Part shown: positions 30,543-32,000 of the stretch, piece after piece
Layout: each line of letters opens with the position of its first letter
How positions within the stretch are numbered: position 1 is the stretch's first letter
Assembly (NCBI GenBank): GCA_900234795.1
Contig: LT962688.1
Location: 1,710,001-1,742,000 of the forward strand
Direction of reading: 5' to 3'
Length of the DNA: 32,000 nucleotides
From: Methylorubrum extorquens
GTDB lineage: Bacteria; Pseudomonadota; Alphaproteobacteria; Rhizobiales; Beijerinckiaceae
Program-made: the position numbers and the translations under genes
Notes under the pieces: generated by a model
What the model saw: the letters and a program-made list of their open reading frames with translations, nothing else
Database searches by the model: none
What the model was told of the DNA's origin: nothing

Positions 30543-31575
30543 ATGTCCTCCTCTCTGCCTCCCCCTCTCCGTCCTCGATCTCGCCTTCATCCCGGAGGGC
30601 GCCACGCCGCGGCAGGCGCTCGCCAACAGCGTCAGCCTCGCCCGGCACGCGGAGGAGCTCGGCTACCGCCGCTTCTGGCTCGCCGAGCACCACAACATGG
30701 TCGGCATCGCCAGCGCCGCCACGGCGGTGGTGATCGGCCATGTGGCGGCAGGTACGGATCGCATCCGGGTCGGCGCGGGCGGGATCATGCTGCCCAACCA
30801 CGCGCCGCTGGTGATCGCCGAGCAGTTCGGCACGCTGGAATCGCTGTATCCGGGCCGGATCGATCTCGGGCTCGGCCGGGCGCCGGGCACGGATGGACTG
30901 ACGCTGCGGGCGCTGCGCCGCGACTACGAGTCGGCGGAGCGCTTTCCCCAGGACGTGCTCGAATTGCAGGCCCTGTTCGGCCCGGTGCGGGAGGGGCAGT
31001 CGGTTCAGGCAGTGCCCGGAACGGGGCTGAAGGTGCCGCTGTGGATCCTCGGCTCCAGCCTGTTCGGGGCGGAACTCGCCGGCATGCTCGGCCTGCCCTA
31101 CGCCTTCGCCTCGCATTTCGCGCCCGATGCGCTGCTGCCGGCGCTCGCGGCCTACCGCGCCCGCTTCCAGCCGTCCGAGCAGTTGCAGCGGCCCTACGCC
31201 ATGGTCGGCGTCAACGTCGTCGCGGCGGAGACCGATGCGGAGGCGAAGCGCCTGTTCACCACGGTGCAGCAGCAATTCACCCGGCTGGTGCGCGGCACCC
31301 GCGGCCTCCTGCCCCCGCCGATCGACGACATCGAGGCGTATTGGCGCCCGGCGGAGAAGGCGCAGGCCTCGCGGATGCTGGCGCGTGCGCTGGTGGGCTC
31401 GCGCGAGACCGTCCGCGCCGGGCTGGAGGCGCTGGTGGCCGAGACCGGCGCCGACGAGGTGATGGTGGCCTCGGCCATCTACGACCACGAGGCGCGGCTC
31501 GCCTCCTACGCGATCCTCGCCGAGGCGCATGGCGCTCTGGCGGCGCAGGCCCTGCCCGCGCGCTCAGCGGCCTGA
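30543..31575 (+). pseudogene. LLM-class (luciferase-like) flavin-dependent oxidoreductase, with a 5' frameshift or assembly error
   Basis: The family N-terminus [12 protein letters not shown]...[13 protein letters not shown] is in frame with 30697..31575 but has no start after the stop at 30541. ATG 30543 is in another frame. Deleting one C of the C5 run at 30561-30565 gives MSSSLPPLSVLDL... Confidence 0.8.
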
Positions 31576-31758
31576 ACGGGCCGCGGGCTTCCCGGCGGCG
31601 GGCGGCGGCGGAAGCTGCGAGATGTGGCGCAGGGCCGGCGGCGTCGCCGTCGTCCCGGCCGCGGGGGCGCCTGCCTGTTCCGTCACCCGCGCGATGACGC
31701 TGCCCAGGGCGAAACCGCTGAGGCTCAGAAGGATCGCGATGCCGGTGTGCTTGATCAT
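31564..31758 (-). CDS. doubtful small membrane protein
   Basis: N-terminal helix [17 protein letters not shown]. Weak SD. Overlaps the LLM gene by 12 nt. Confidence 0.3.
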   Translation of the reverse strand: MIKHTGIAILLSLSGFALGSVIARVTEQAGAPAAGTTATPPALRHISQLPPPPAAGKPAARSGR

Positions 31759-31901
31759 GGCCGGTATCCAGGGCCGGGGCCGGCGGGCGTGGATGGTGCC
31801 GAACGTGGCGGAGATTCATTGACGGACCGTGGACGGATCGTGCCGCCGGCCGCGCGGATACCGCCCTGCTCTTGAGAAACGCCGTCCGGCGCGCGCAAAG
31901 A

Positions 31902-32000
31902 TCAGTGCGCGCCGCCGCTCTCGACGAATTTAAACAGGAATACGGCCGCGATCACCCACACCACCGGCTTCACCTCGCGGGCGCGCCCGGTCAGGCCTTT
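31902..32000 (-). CDS. 3' end of a gene running off the window (hydrophobic C-terminus)
   Basis: Open frame ...KGLTGRAREVKPVVWVIAAVFLFKFVESGGAH ending at the stop 31902-31904. Confidence 0.35.
   Translation of the reverse strand, partial: KGLTGRAREVKPVVWVIAAVFLFKFVESGGAH

Overview
High-GC alphaproteobacterial chromosome segment. MucR/Ros and OpgGH support the class; a Methylobacterium-like host is only a guess from composition. From left to right: (1) a small secreted-protein gene. (2) An IS3-family element (514-1795) that has cut a phage tape-measure gene. (3) A prophage remnant with no head genes (1796-14942), carrying a lambda-type tail-tip module (M/L/K-position genes and a 1701-aa I-J fusion), fibre-like genes and a lysis cassette. 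Three AT-richer cassettes sit inside it, antisense to the phage operons; one encodes a PilZ protein, and two are bounded by exact 8-bp direct repeats. (4) A mosaic accessory stretch (about 15.1-23.1 kb): a Cys-less MucR/Ros homologue, a frameshifted AraC gene, an AT-richer FemAB-family gene, an XRE regulator, duplicated small-gene modules, several repeat families, a candidate sRNA and an atypical tRNA-Tyr. It ends at tRNA-Ser(UGA). (5) Core genes: opgH, opgG/D, a DHH phosphoesterase, a RibD-C reductase and a frameshifted LLM oxidoreductase. I saw no integrase, CRISPR array, rRNA or reverse transcriptase. Family calls come from motifs I read in the translations and from memory, not from searches. 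The most interesting signals are the repeat-bounded antisense cassettes, the repeat and hairpin families in the accessory stretch, and the FemAB gene plus odd tRNA.
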